Assembly (NCBI GenBank): GCA_042218075.1
Contig: JBDGRK010000009.1
Span: forward strand, 18,136 to 82,135
DNA length: 64,000 bases
Direction of reading: 5' to 3'
From: Candidatus Nanohaloarchaea archaeon
GTDB lineage: Archaea > Nanohalarchaeota > Nanosalinia > Nanosalinales > Nanosalinaceae
Below are positions 37,507 through 47,161 of this stretch, piece by piece. Below the pieces are notes generated by a model. The model searched no databases and was not told where the DNA came from. It saw only the letters and a list, made by a program, of their open reading frames with translations. A program made the translations under genes and the position numbers. The first letter of the stretch is position 1, and every line of letters begins with the position of its first letter.

Positions 37507-38208
37507 GTGCAAATGAGAATGTCACGTGTAAAAGAGGACAAGGATATGGTTACGCCGGGAGAAACGGTTTTCAAGGGCGATGAGCTCTACGCAAACTCCG
37601 GTGTCTTCGAAGAAGATGATAAAATCGTTTCAAAATATGTGGGGATAGTCGAGTACGGAAAGAACTCTGTAAGAGTCGTTCCGATGTCCGGAAGATACAT
37701 TCCGGAAGAAGGTGACATAGTGATCGCGGAAATAACATCGGTAGGTTACAACAACTGGAGAGCTGATCTGAACTCGCCCTATGACGGTATGCTGAAGATT
37801 GATGTCGCGGTCGACGAGTACATTGATCTGGATGAAGACGATCTTACAGACTACTACGATGTCGGAGACGCGATTGTAGTAGAGGTGACGAAAGTGACTG
37901 AAGGTTACGACGTCAACCTCTCGATGGAGGACAAAAGATGCAGGAAGCTGAGAGGCGGCAGAATAATCGAGATCTATCCTTCCAAGGTTCCCAGGGTTAT
38001 CGGCAAGAAGGGAACTATGGTAAAGCAGATCAAGGAGAAAACAGGATGCAAGATCATAGTCGGGCAGAACGGCCTGGTATGGATAACCGGAGAGAATCCC
38101 AATCTTGCAGCGAGAGCAGTAAAGAAGGTAGAGGAAGAAGCCCACGTTTCCGGACTGACTGATAAAATCGGAGAATGGCTTGAAGAACAGCTGGAGGGTG
38201 AGAAATGA
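37507..38208 (+). CDS. rrp4: Exosome RNA-binding subunit Rrp4
   Basis: VTPGE, RYIPEEGDIVI (S1) and KVPRVIGKKG (KH) motifs. Confidence 0.97.
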   Translation: MQMRMSRVKEDKDMVTPGETVFKGDELYANSGVFEEDDKIVSKYVGIVEYGKNSVRVVPMSGRYIPEEGDIVIAEITSVGYNNWRADLNSPYDGMLKIDVAVDEYIDLDEDDLTDYYDVGDAIVVEVTKVTEGYDVNLSMEDKRCRKLRGGRIIEIYPSKVPRVIGKKGTMVKQIKEKTGCKIIVGQNGLVWITGENPNLAARAVKKVEEEAHVSGLTDKIGEWLEEQLEGEK

Positions 38209-38939
38209 TGGAAGAGGATGTTGAATTTCTTGATGAAGACAGGAAGCGAGTTGACGGAAGAAATCTGGATGAGGTAAGAGAAACTTCCATGGAAGTCGGA
38301 GTCCTTGAAGAAGCGGATGGATCCGCGATGGTGGAGACAGGTAACACCAGAGTTGTTGCATCAGTCTTTGGTCCACAGGAACTGCACCCGCAGCACCTAC
38401 AGGAGTCGGACAGAGCTGTGATCAAGATGAGGTACAACATGGCTCCGTTCTCCGTTGACGATAGAATGAGCCCCGGCCCGAACAGAAGAGCGAAAGAAAT
38501 TGGACTAGTTGCGAGAAGGGCTCTTGAGCCGGCAGTAGAGCTTGAAGAGTTTCCAAAGGCTGGAATCGACATCTCAATGGAAATAGTTGAATCCGATGGA
38601 GGAACCAGGGTAACAGGAATAAACGCAGCTGCTCTGGCGCTTGCTGATGCAGGAATACCGATGAAGGGTCTTGTTTCAGCTTGTGCCGCGGGAGTGGTTG
38701 AGGAAACCGCTGTGCTCGATGTCAACGGGGTAGAGGACAAGAAAGGAAACGCCGACATCCCGATCGCTCTAGTGAACGGAGAGGACAAGATTTCACTGCT
38801 CCAGATGGACGGCGACATCGATAGAGAAATGCTGGACGAATGTATTTCACTCGCCAAGAAGGGATGCAGGGAACTCCACGAGCAGCAGATAGAAACCCTG
38901 AAACAGAGATACGAAACGATCAGGGAGGACTACAGGTGA
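38205..38939 (+). CDS. rrp41: Exosome exonuclease Rrp41
   Basis: RVDGR, ADGSA, RYNMAPFS, SDGGTR and QMDG motifs. Confidence 0.97.
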   Translation: MMEEDVEFLDEDRKRVDGRNLDEVRETSMEVGVLEEADGSAMVETGNTRVVASVFGPQELHPQHLQESDRAVIKMRYNMAPFSVDDRMSPGPNRRAKEIGLVARRALEPAVELEEFPKAGIDISMEIVESDGGTRVTGINAAALALADAGIPMKGLVSACAAGVVEETAVLDVNGVEDKKGNADIPIALVNGEDKISLLQMDGDIDREMLDECISLAKKGCRELHEQQIETLKQRYETIREDYR

Positions 38940-38948
38940 TGTTGAATC

Positions 38949-39740
38949 ATGAAACTAAACATTGATACAATCAGAAAGATGGCCCAGGAAGGAGAAAGAC
39001 TTGATGGAAGAGACCTGGACGAATTCAGGCAAATCGAGATAGAACCCGGTTACATCCACGAGACAGCGGCTGGAAGCGCCAAAGTCACGATAGGAGACAC
39101 GCAAGTAGTGGTAGGCCTGAGCGTGGACGTAGAGGAACCTTACCCTGACAGACCCAACACAGGCACAATAGTTACCAACGCGGAGCTAGCTCCTATGGCG
39201 TCGAGAGAGTACGAGTCCGGCCCTCCACAGGAGGACGGTGTAGAACTTGCGAGAGTTGTTGACAGGGGAATCAGGGAATCAGAGGCGATTGATCTGGAAT
39301 CCCTCTGCATCGAGCCAGGAGAGAAAGTGATGACAGTTTTCATCGACGCTCACATCCTGAACGATGATGGAAGCCTTATAGATGCGTGTTCGCTCGCGGC
39401 AATGACAGCACTGATGACTGGAACTCTTCCAGAGTACGATGAAGAGACGGACACCCTCAACAGGGATAATAGGGAAAGAGACATTCCCCTTCAGGAAGAA
39501 CCTTTCACCGTTACCGCCCACAGGATTAATAGAGAGATAGTCTGGGACACGACAGGCGAGGAAGAAGAGGCACAGGGCGCAAGACTAACGGTGTCGATCA
39601 ACGAGCATGGAAACGTTGTGGCTATGCAGAAAGGAGGCACTGCTCCACTGACACAGGAAGAAGTAATGCAGATTGTAGAGGAAGCGGAGGAGAAGACCGG
39701 GAAACTGAGACAAAAAGTGGAGGAGGCGACCTCCGAATAA
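38949..39740 (+). CDS. rrp42: Exosome subunit Rrp42
   Basis: RLDGR, PYPDRP, ELARVVDRGIRES and MQKGG motifs. Confidence 0.97.
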   Translation: MKLNIDTIRKMAQEGERLDGRDLDEFRQIEIEPGYIHETAAGSAKVTIGDTQVVVGLSVDVEEPYPDRPNTGTIVTNAELAPMASREYESGPPQEDGVELARVVDRGIRESEAIDLESLCIEPGEKVMTVFIDAHILNDDGSLIDACSLAAMTALMTGTLPEYDEETDTLNRDNRERDIPLQEEPFTVTAHRINREIVWDTTGEEEEAQGARLTVSINEHGNVVAMQKGGTAPLTQEEVMQIVEEAEEKTGKLRQKVEEATSE

Positions 39741-39776
39741 AAAACTTTCCAACAATTAATTCTACAAGGTGAGAAA

Positions 39777-40061
39777 ATGGCAACCAGAAACCCTTCGAAA
39801 AGATTCGGCTCAAGGTACGGAAGCAGGATAAGGAAGAACGTCGATGCGGCTGAGAAAGTTGAGGGATCATGTCCCGAATGCGGGTCTGAGGTTGACAGAC
39901 AGGCCGCAGGTATCTGGAAATGCAGGAGCTGCGATAAAAAGTTTTCAGGAGGAGCCTACGAGCCGGATACTGGAGCCGGAGAAATGCTTGACAAGGCACT
40001 ACAGGTCGGCACTGAAGAACTTGAAGAGGCAAAAGAAATAGTGGAGGATGAAGCAGAATGA
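39777..40061 (+). CDS. rpl37ae: 50S ribosomal protein eL43 (L37Ae)
   Basis: RFGSRYG...CPECG...GIWKCRSC...GGAY. Confidence 0.97.
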   Translation: MATRNPSKRFGSRYGSRIRKNVDAAEKVEGSCPECGSEVDRQAAGIWKCRSCDKKFSGGAYEPDTGAGEMLDKALQVGTEELEEAKEIVEDEAE

Positions 40062-40198
40062 CAGGTTTTGTATGCGTGGAGTGCGAGGAACAAGTTGAAC
40101 TCGATCCAGTCGATGATAAAATAATATGTCCTTCATGTTCGCATCGCGTACTGCTGAAGAAAAGGCCCGAAGACACTGACCACGTTGAAGCGGTCTGA
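40058..40198 (+). CDS. rpoP: RNA polymerase subunit P (Rpo12)
   Basis: Manual translation MTGFVCVECEEQVELDPVDDKIICPSCSHRVLLKKRPEDTDHVEAV; syntenic position. Confidence 0.93.
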   Translation: MTGFVCVECEEQVELDPVDDKIICPSCSHRVLLKKRPEDTDHVEAV

Positions 40199-40416
40199 TG
40201 AGATCGGAAGTCGAGTTAGATTCAGGTAGAGCAGAAGACCTCCAGGAAATACTTAAACCGAGTCTTGAAAACTCAGGGAAAATCGGGCATGAACTCAGGA
40301 GCGAGAATGAAACCCTGAGTGTGGGTGTTGAGACAGAGACCTTCGGACAGTTAAGGGGGTGCACTGACACGGTTTTCAGGCTGGGATCGCTCGCGAAAAA
40401 AATACTAGAGAGGTGA
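40198..40416 (+). CDS. pcc1: KEOPS subunit Pcc1
   Basis: Size, fold pattern and position between rpoP and pfdB. Confidence 0.75.
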   Translation: MRSEVELDSGRAEDLQEILKPSLENSGKIGHELRSENETLSVGVETETFGQLRGCTDTVFRLGSLAKKILER

Positions 40417-40422
40417 AACAAA

Positions 40423-40758
40423 ATGGAACAGAACAACGACGCTCAGAAGATGATAATGGAGATGCAGAAAAACCAGCAGCAGATGCAGCAAGTAGTGCAG
40501 CAGAAAGAGGAGGCGGATTCAGAGATCCAGGAATCCAGAAAGGCGCTTGAAGAACTGGAGAAAGAAGAAGGCGAAGATGTCTACAGGCAGGTTGGAAATA
40601 TTCTAATCGCGAAGGATAGAGATAAACTCCAGGAAGAACTTGAAGACAGGATTGAAGATCTTGAAGTGAGGAAGAAAAGCCTGGAGAAGAAGGAGAAACA
40701 GCTGCAGCAGAAACTGGAGGACTCGCAGCAGAAGATGATGCAACAGCAGCAGGGGTGA
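40423..40758 (+). CDS. pfdB: Prefoldin beta subunit
   Basis: Coiled coils flanking VYRQVGNILI. Confidence 0.95.
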   Translation: MEQNNDAQKMIMEMQKNQQQMQQVVQQKEEADSEIQESRKALEELEKEEGEDVYRQVGNILIAKDRDKLQEELEDRIEDLEVRKKSLEKKEKQLQQKLEDSQQKMMQQQQG

Positions 40759-40762
40759 GAAC

Positions 40763-41011
40763 ATGGCAAATCTTAAAGCCCTGACAACCAGAATGAGAGA
40801 CCTCGCGGAGAACGGCAGTATTCCTTCTAATGTATCCGATATGCTGGAAGAAGCTGCTGACAAGCTTGAGGACGAGGAGGAACAACTTTCCGTCAGGGTT
40901 AACTCCGCAGCTTCACTGCTTGACGAGATAAGTAACGACCCCAACATCAAGCAGCACACCAGGACAGAGATTTGGAACCTGGCCTCAAAAATAGAAAATC
41001 TCAGCGACTGA
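40763..41011 (+). CDS. UPF0147 family protein
   Basis: IPSNV...LDEISNDPNIKQHTRTEIWNLAS. Confidence 0.92.
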   Translation: MANLKALTTRMRDLAENGSIPSNVSDMLEEAADKLEDEEEQLSVRVNSAASLLDEISNDPNIKQHTRTEIWNLASKIENLSD

Positions 41012-41066
41012 CACAAGTTATAAAAACATCTGTAGGATTATTCATAACCAAGAGGTAACCAATAAT

Positions 41067-41429
41067 ATGGCTCTAGGATTTCTAAACTCCGAAGACTCCG
41101 GAACTGAACAGATAGTTGAAGACGATTTTGTTGAACTTGACGCGGAAATGGCTGAAACCGATGAAAAAGTAGTTATCAGGGCTGAAACACTGAGCGAGTT
41201 TGAAGACGTGGAAGCCGTGCAGGAACACCTGAGAAACAACCATATTGTATGGGTGAACATAAAGCCACTGAAGGGCAGGGACATGCCTGACCTGAAGAGA
41301 GCTGTGAAGCGACTCAAGAAGACTGTGAAGTCGATCGATGGTGACATGGCGGGAGTCGACGAGGATTGGATTGTCGCTTGTCCCGGCTACGCGGAAATCG
41401 CGAGATCAAGCGATAAGATAGAGGAATAA
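41067..41429 (+). CDS. sepF: Cell division protein SepF (archaeal)
   Basis: IVWVNIKPL...LKRAVKRLK...IDGDMAGV...IVACP. Confidence 0.88.
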   Translation: MALGFLNSEDSGTEQIVEDDFVELDAEMAETDEKVVIRAETLSEFEDVEAVQEHLRNNHIVWVNIKPLKGRDMPDLKRAVKRLKKTVKSIDGDMAGVDEDWIVACPGYAEIARSSDKIEE

Positions 41430-41444
41430 AGGTTCTACTGGCAG

Positions 41445-41672
41445 TCAGTGCTTCTCAAGTCCAAGCTCATCCTTGATCCTGTCCATCTCTTCCTCCAGCT
41501 GCTCCACTCTATCACTCAAAGCTCCGGTTCCGAACTCGACAAAATTCTTAACACATTCCTTGCAGTAGATTTCCCCATCGAACTCTATAGCTTTCTCGGG
41601 CAGCCTTCCGTCATCCTCTCCACCGAAGTCGATCAGTTGGCCGCACTCCGCACACTTCTTCTCGTATACCAT
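41445..41672 (-). CDS. Small zinc-finger/coiled-coil protein
   Basis: CAECG...YCKEC followed by a coiled coil. Confidence 0.7.
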   Translation of the reverse strand: MVYEKKCAECGQLIDFGGEDDGRLPEKAIEFDGEIYCKECVKNFVEFGTGALSDRVEQLEEEMDRIKDELGLEKH

Positions 41673-41727
41673 GTTGGAAATTGATAGATATCGATTAAAT
41701 AGAATTGGGTATAAATTTCGAGAAATA

Positions 41728-43608
41728 TCAGTTAAGACGATCAATCTCAAGGTTCTGTGGTGCGCTCGTGTCGATGTGGAGTGCCTTGTGGAGGGTCGAG
41801 GCGAGCTGGAAGCATTTCTTTTCCTCGCCATGGTTGGTGAGCACCTTGTTGGGCGAGGAGCGCAGGTTCCTGCAGAAGTTGATTATCTGCTGTCTGTCGC
41901 TGTGGGCCGAGAAACCCGAGACAGTTGATACATTCATATTCATTTCTACCTGCTCTCCATTCACAGAAATCCTGTCCGCCCCGTTCTGTATCTTCCTTCC
42001 CAGCGTTCCCTCGGCCTGGTACCCTACGAAAATCATCGAGTTTTTGTCGTAAGGAGCTAGATGTTTCAGGTAGCTCATAACCGGGCCTCCCGTCACCATG
42101 CCTGAAGTTGTGAGTATAACGGAAGCTCCACCCTCGTAGACATCCTCTCTTTCATTGTGAGAGGCAATCTCCCTTAAGTTTTGCTTCAGGAATGGAGAAT
42201 CCTCCTCTTTCATAATCTTTGTCTGCACCTTCTCCGAAAGAAATTCCGGATAGGCCGTGTGGAGGGCGTTTGCATCGTTGATCATCCCGTCCATGTACAC
42301 CGGGAAGTCGAAGTACGAGCGGTCCATCTCATCCGCCAGCATTCCGATTATCTCCTGGCTTCTCCCGATCGCGAATACAGGCACCAGTACTTTTCCTCCC
42401 TTGTTCAGGGTCTGCTTCATCCTGGAAAGGAATTTCTTCTGCGCCTTCTCAGTCGGCTGCTGCTCGTCGCCCTTACCTCCGTAGGTGGATTCAGTTATCA
42501 TGGTCTCCACACGCTGGAAGTTGGTGTCCGCCGGCCTGAGCATCTCCGACTGGTCATAGTTGTAGTCGCCCGTGTAAAGCACGTTGTGTAGACCCTCCCC
42601 TACGTGTATGTGGACCAGTGAGCTTCCCAGGATGTGGCCCGCGTTCTTTAGCGTCAGCCTCATGTCCGGCGTGATATCAGTCACTTCTCCATACTCGGGA
42701 GTTATAGTTCTCTTCACCGCCTTCTTGATCGCCGAGGAATCGTAAGGTGCGTTGTTACCCTCGGAATGGGCTATGCCGATGTAGTCCAGGGTGTTCATTA
42801 TCATCAGGTCTCTCGTCGGTTTCGTGCAGTAAAGCGGACCATCGTAACCCATCTTGTAAAGGTACGGGACCATCCCCCCGTGGTCCATGTGGGCGTGCGA
42901 CAGAACTACAGCGTCAAGAGCCTGGAGGTCAAGCTCCGGTGCATCAAGGTAAGGAAAGTTCTCCTGGGAACCTGACTCGGCGGAAGGATCTATACCCGCG
43001 TCCATCAGAATCTTCGACTCCTCTGTCTGCATCAGGAAGCATGATCTGCCTACCTGCCTGCATCCACCGAGACCTCCGATCCTTATCCATTCATCACCCG
43101 CTGATTTATCAAGCCGGATCTTCTTGCCGACCTCGTGGAGAAAGTCTTTCCTGAATTTAGGATCTTCCACCGTTAGCTCTCTAGCACGATCCACGATCTT
43201 TGAGCTGATGGATGGAACCCGCTCGACCTGCGGATCCCAGAGAGAGGCCTCTTTTATCTCCTGAAGACCTTTTCCTCTCTGACCTATGACAGAGCCAGGA
43301 TTTTCCGCCCTGATGATCACCTTTCCGAGAGAGGGCTGGAATATCATCTCCTCTATATTATCTTCATCAGTGACACCCTCTATCCTTTCCTTCGCGACCT
43401 CGGGATCCCGGAAAAGCTTCGAGGAAGGTCGGACCTCCACCCTTTTCTTCAGTTCGGAGACTATCTCCTGCACAGTATCCGAGTTATCAAGCAAAAATTC
43501 TTCACTATCGGTGTATATAACTATATCTGATGCCTCGAAACGTATTTCCGAAACTTCCGCTCCTGAGGGCAGGAATTGTTCTACCTCTTCAAGTTCTTCA
43601 GTCGGCAT
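41728..43608 (-). CDS. fttA: aCPSF1/FttA beta-CASP ribonuclease with KH domains
   Basis: N-terminal KH (VIGQRG), SHAHMDH, AGHILGS and FSAHSD motifs; adjacent to psmB. Confidence 0.96.
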   Translation of the reverse strand: MPTEELEEVEQFLPSGAEVSEIRFEASDIVIYTDSEEFLLDNSDTVQEIVSELKKRVEVRPSSKLFRDPEVAKERIEGVTDEDNIEEMIFQPSLGKVIIRAENPGSVIGQRGKGLQEIKEASLWDPQVERVPSISSKIVDRARELTVEDPKFRKDFLHEVGKKIRLDKSAGDEWIRIGGLGGCRQVGRSCFLMQTEESKILMDAGIDPSAESGSQENFPYLDAPELDLQALDAVVLSHAHMDHGGMVPYLYKMGYDGPLYCTKPTRDLMIMNTLDYIGIAHSEGNNAPYDSSAIKKAVKRTITPEYGEVTDITPDMRLTLKNAGHILGSSLVHIHVGEGLHNVLYTGDYNYDQSEMLRPADTNFQRVETMITESTYGGKGDEQQPTEKAQKKFLSRMKQTLNKGGKVLVPVFAIGRSQEIIGMLADEMDRSYFDFPVYMDGMINDANALHTAYPEFLSEKVQTKIMKEEDSPFLKQNLREIASHNEREDVYEGGASVILTTSGMVTGGPVMSYLKHLAPYDKNSMIFVGYQAEGTLGRKIQNGADRISVNGEQVEMNMNVSTVSGFSAHSDRQQIINFCRNLRSSPNKVLTNHGEEKKCFQLASTLHKALHIDTSAPQNLEIDRLN

Positions 43609-43651
43609 TAGGATTCAGCTCCGATCATAATTTTATCTCAAGAGAAGAAAT

Positions 43652-44305
43652 TCACTCAAGTCTGGACTCGACTTCTTTCTCCTCCATTACTTCATATCCT
43701 TCATCTGTGATCTCGACAACCATTATACCATTCCCTGAGCCTGTATCTCGCTCCATCGCCGCTTCAACTGCTCTTACCGCCAGCTCTTTTCCATCCTCGT
43801 GGCCCATTCCTTCCTCGTAGTCGTCTTCCAGTACACCGTAGACCATAGGGCTTCCCGAGCCAGTGGTGGCAAAGTTATCATGCCTGACCAGGCTTCCCGT
43901 AGGGCCGAGCGTAAATATAACCCCTCCATCATCATCTGTCCCTCCAAGCAGGAACTGGTTCATGAATGGCATCATCTTGTTTCCATGTAGAATATTGGCC
44001 AGTAGCGTTCCGGCTCCTTTAACAGTCAATTCCTTCGTCTCGAGCTTGTGGAGTTTCAGTTGAGACCTCATTAGCCTGATAATCTTCTGAGCGTCACCGA
44101 CACCTCCAGCTATAGTGATACCTATAGAATCATCCAGCTTGTGGATCTTCTGGACGTTCTTGGCGGAGGTCATGGTTCCAAGGGATGCCCTGGTGTCGGC
44201 AGCCATTATTACCCCCTCATCCGTCACCAGACTCAGAGTAGTGGTTCCCGTTTTGAATTCTTCCATCTTTTCATCATTCTTGTTTACCTGTTCATTCTGC
44301 ATCAT
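43652..44305 (-). CDS. psmB: Proteasome beta subunit
   Basis: KTG^TTT propeptide junction, AADTRA, GSGS and ERDTGSG motifs. Confidence 0.97.
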   Translation of the reverse strand: MMQNEQVNKNDEKMEEFKTGTTTLSLVTDEGVIMAADTRASLGTMTSAKNVQKIHKLDDSIGITIAGGVGDAQKIIRLMRSQLKLHKLETKELTVKGAGTLLANILHGNKMMPFMNQFLLGGTDDDGGVIFTLGPTGSLVRHDNFATTGSGSPMVYGVLEDDYEEGMGHEDGKELAVRAVEAAMERDTGSGNGIMVVEITDEGYEVMEEKEVESRLE

Positions 44306-44424
44306 TATACACCTAGAAGCTAAAGTTAGGTGAAAAACCTATTTTTAGATTCGGCGCTGAGCTTTAAATAGGTGTCGAGATAGACAGCACTTTAATAATT
44401 CACGCCGGAACCTAAACTAGTAAG

Positions 44425-45537
44425 ATGGATTTCAGAGATCTGAAGCTGAAGAAGAATATTGTGGAGAACCTGAAAGAGGATGGAATCGAAGAGCCGACAG
44501 AGGTGCAGAAGAAGGCTATACCGGAAGTTTTCGAGGGAAAAGACCTGATGGTTGAATCAGAGACAGGGTCAGGCAAGACTTTTGCGTTCTCTCTCCCGAT
44601 AATAAATGATGTTTCAGGCTATGAAACACAGGCACTGATACTGACGCCGACGAGAGAGCTGGCTAAGCAGGTCAATGCGGAGATAAACAGGGCATCGGAT
44701 AAAATTGAAACCGTCACCATATACGGTGGAGTAGACTACGAGCCCCAGATTCAGGGGGCGAAAAAAGCCCAGATGGTGGTGGGTACCCCCGGAAGGACGC
44801 TCGATCTCCTGAAGCAGGGAAAGCTGGAAATAGGAAATGTGGACTACCTTGTTCTCGACGAGGCGGACAGAATGCTTGACATGGGATTCCAGGACGAGCT
44901 CGAGGCAATAATCGAATTTCTCCCGGATGAGAGGCAGAACCTGCTTTTCGGCGCAACAATCCCGCCGGAACTCAGGAAGATGTGCGACCGCTACTCGATC
45001 GATCCAGAAACGATAAGGATCAAGGCCTCGAGACACACAAGAAATCTTGACGAGAAGTATATCGACGTGGATTCGAACAGGAAGATTTCCGCACTCTACA
45101 CACTGCTCAAGGAGAGGGACACTGATCTATCAATAGTCTTTTGCCGTACAAAAGCGACGACAAGGTGGCTTACCGACAAGCTGAAGAAGAATGGTATAGA
45201 CGCACAGACTCTCAACGGAGACATGAGCCAGAACAAGCGCGAGAGAACGATCAAGGAGTTCAAGGAGGGAAAGTTTAATGTGGTGGTGGCTACTGACGTG
45301 GCAGCGAGAGGCCTCGACGTGGACAACGTAACCCACGTCTTCAACTACAACGTCCCGGACAAGCCCGACACTTACACCCACAGGGTGGGGAGAGCTGGAA
45401 GACAGGGAAGGAGAGGTGAGGCGATCACCCTGCTCGAGAGCGACGAGCACTCCAAGTTCCGCAGGATCAAGAGAAAGAAGGATGGAATCAAGAGGATGGA
45501 TAGAGATAAGTTAAACCTGAGAAAGGTCAGGACGTGA
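44425..45537 (+). CDS. DEAD-box RNA helicase
   Basis: TGSGKT, PTRELA, DEADRMLDMGF, ARGLD and HRVGRAGR motifs. Confidence 0.97.
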   Translation: MDFRDLKLKKNIVENLKEDGIEEPTEVQKKAIPEVFEGKDLMVESETGSGKTFAFSLPIINDVSGYETQALILTPTRELAKQVNAEINRASDKIETVTIYGGVDYEPQIQGAKKAQMVVGTPGRTLDLLKQGKLEIGNVDYLVLDEADRMLDMGFQDELEAIIEFLPDERQNLLFGATIPPELRKMCDRYSIDPETIRIKASRHTRNLDEKYIDVDSNRKISALYTLLKERDTDLSIVFCRTKATTRWLTDKLKKNGIDAQTLNGDMSQNKRERTIKEFKEGKFNVVVATDVAARGLDVDNVTHVFNYNVPDKPDTYTHRVGRAGRQGRRGEAITLLESDEHSKFRRIKRKKDGIKRMDRDKLNLRKVRT

Positions 45538-45640
45538 ACCCGTAAAAGTTTAAAACTCTTCAGGGAATACACGGTTCTATGGGAATTTTTTACCTGATAG
45601 TAAAAAATAAAATATCGACCAGGGAGAGGGCAGGGAACTG

Positions 45641-47161
45641 ATGAGCGCTGAAGCTGAAAGCCGGATAGAAGCTATTCTTGATCCGGGGAGAGAGGAAGAA
45701 ATGAACCGCGCCCTTGACAGACAGAAGGATAGAGTCAAGCAGCATGAACACGCGGAACCTGATGGTATCAATGTAGGACTTGAGGAAGAACTTTTTGTGC
45801 TGGATGGAAACGAGCCTGTGAATGAATCTACGAGAGATGAGCTTATAGGAAAGCTGGGAAAATGGCAGAAGATAGAAAATGTTGAACATGAACTGGGAGC
45901 AGCCATGGCTGAGATAGCTACTGAACCTGTCAGAGGTCTAAGCGCTCTGGACCAGCTCTATGAAGCTGCGATGATTCCCCAGGAAGAACTGATAAAGAGG
46001 GCGCAAAAAATGGGGCTGGAGATAGTCAGGCATGGAACAAACCCTGCACTTGACCTGCAGGATGTCGAGAGAACTACCGAGGATAAGTACAGGAAGGCTC
46101 CCAACACCTATGGCGAAATGCGCGTGGATGAATCCGTGGAATCAGAATTCGGTGAGGTAGATACACTTGATCCAAGGAACGAGGAGATGCCTGCGACTAT
46201 CTGCTCTTCACAGCTCAACATGCAGGCAGACAGTCTTGAGGATGCGGTGGAAAAGGCCAATATTGGATACGCTATATCACCTTACATTACCGCGATAAGC
46301 GGTAATTCAAGGCTACACGAACCAGGTGATCTCGGTCATCAGGACTCAAGGATTCCGCTCTGGGAGAGAGCTTTCGATATTGGAGAGTACGATAAAGATG
46401 AACTCGATATAGGCAGGATTGACAGATTCTTCCAGGACATAGATGATGTCTTCGAGAGGATGAGAGAGCAGCCCCGGATAATGAATAGCGCGGAAAACGA
46501 GGAATATGCACTGGATATCGCACAGGGAATGTTCTGGAAGGATGTCAGGATAAAGACTGTAGGCTCTGACGAGTCGGGATTGATCCTTGAGGACGATGTC
46601 GTTGTTGAATTCAGGCAGAACTCCACACAGCCAAGCCTGCTGGAGGACGTGGCCGTCCAGGCCTTCTACATGGGTAGAATAATATACGAGCAGGAGGAGG
46701 AACTGGGAGGAGCTTTCAGTCTTGATGATCTTCCCGATATCGACAAGGTCAACCATAACAGGCGTGAAGCCATGGCAAACGGTATGGAGACCCAGCTTTA
46801 CGACTGGCAGGGGAACAGGAGGGATGCCGGTGAAGTGATAGGGGAAGAACTGGATAAAGCCCGCGAAGGGCTTGAATACGCAGGTGTAGATTACAGCTCG
46901 GATTATATGGATATGGGGTATATTGAACTCCTGGAGCAAAGGCTTGAAACAGGTGTTTCACCATCAGATGAAGTTGTCGAAGAGTTCTACCGTAATCTCC
47001 TGGATGAGGGATACCGGGCAGATATGATGGAGGATCAGTATGAACTCCCTGAAAATTACGATAGTATAGACAAGGAGAAGAAGAAACAGGCAGCGGTGGA
47101 AGCAGTTAAATCTATAAGCATGAGACCTCCTGAAAATATTAGAGGAATAGAAGCTGCATGA
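45641..47161 (+). CDS. Glutamate-cysteine ligase / carboxylate-amine ligase (GCS2 family)
   Basis: VGLEEE, HELGAAMAE, SSQLNMQ, SGNS, WKDVR and VEFR motifs. Confidence 0.75.
   Translation: MSAEAESRIEAILDPGREEEMNRALDRQKDRVKQHEHAEPDGINVGLEEELFVLDGNEPVNESTRDELIGKLGKWQKIENVEHELGAAMAEIATEPVRGLSALDQLYEAAMIPQEELIKRAQKMGLEIVRHGTNPALDLQDVERTTEDKYRKAPNTYGEMRVDESVESEFGEVDTLDPRNEEMPATICSSQLNMQADSLEDAVEKANIGYAISPYITAISGNSRLHEPGDLGHQDSRIPLWERAFDIGEYDKDELDIGRIDRFFQDIDDVFERMREQPRIMNSAENEEYALDIAQGMFWKDVRIKTVGSDESGLILEDDVVVEFRQNSTQPSLLEDVAVQAFYMGRIIYEQEEELGGAFSLDDLPDIDKVNHNRREAMANGMETQLYDWQGNRRDAGEVIGEELDKAREGLEYAGVDYSSDYMDMGYIELLEQRLETGVSPSDEVVEEFYRNLLDEGYRADMMEDQYELPENYDSIDKEKKKQAAVEAVKSISMRPPENIRGIEAA

Noticed and set aside
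37630-38857. Long antisense ORFs (248 aa, 267 aa) and similar Ser/Phe/Leu-rich shadow ORFs throughout
   Set aside because: They are shadows of Glu/Asp/Lys-rich conserved genes on the opposite strand.
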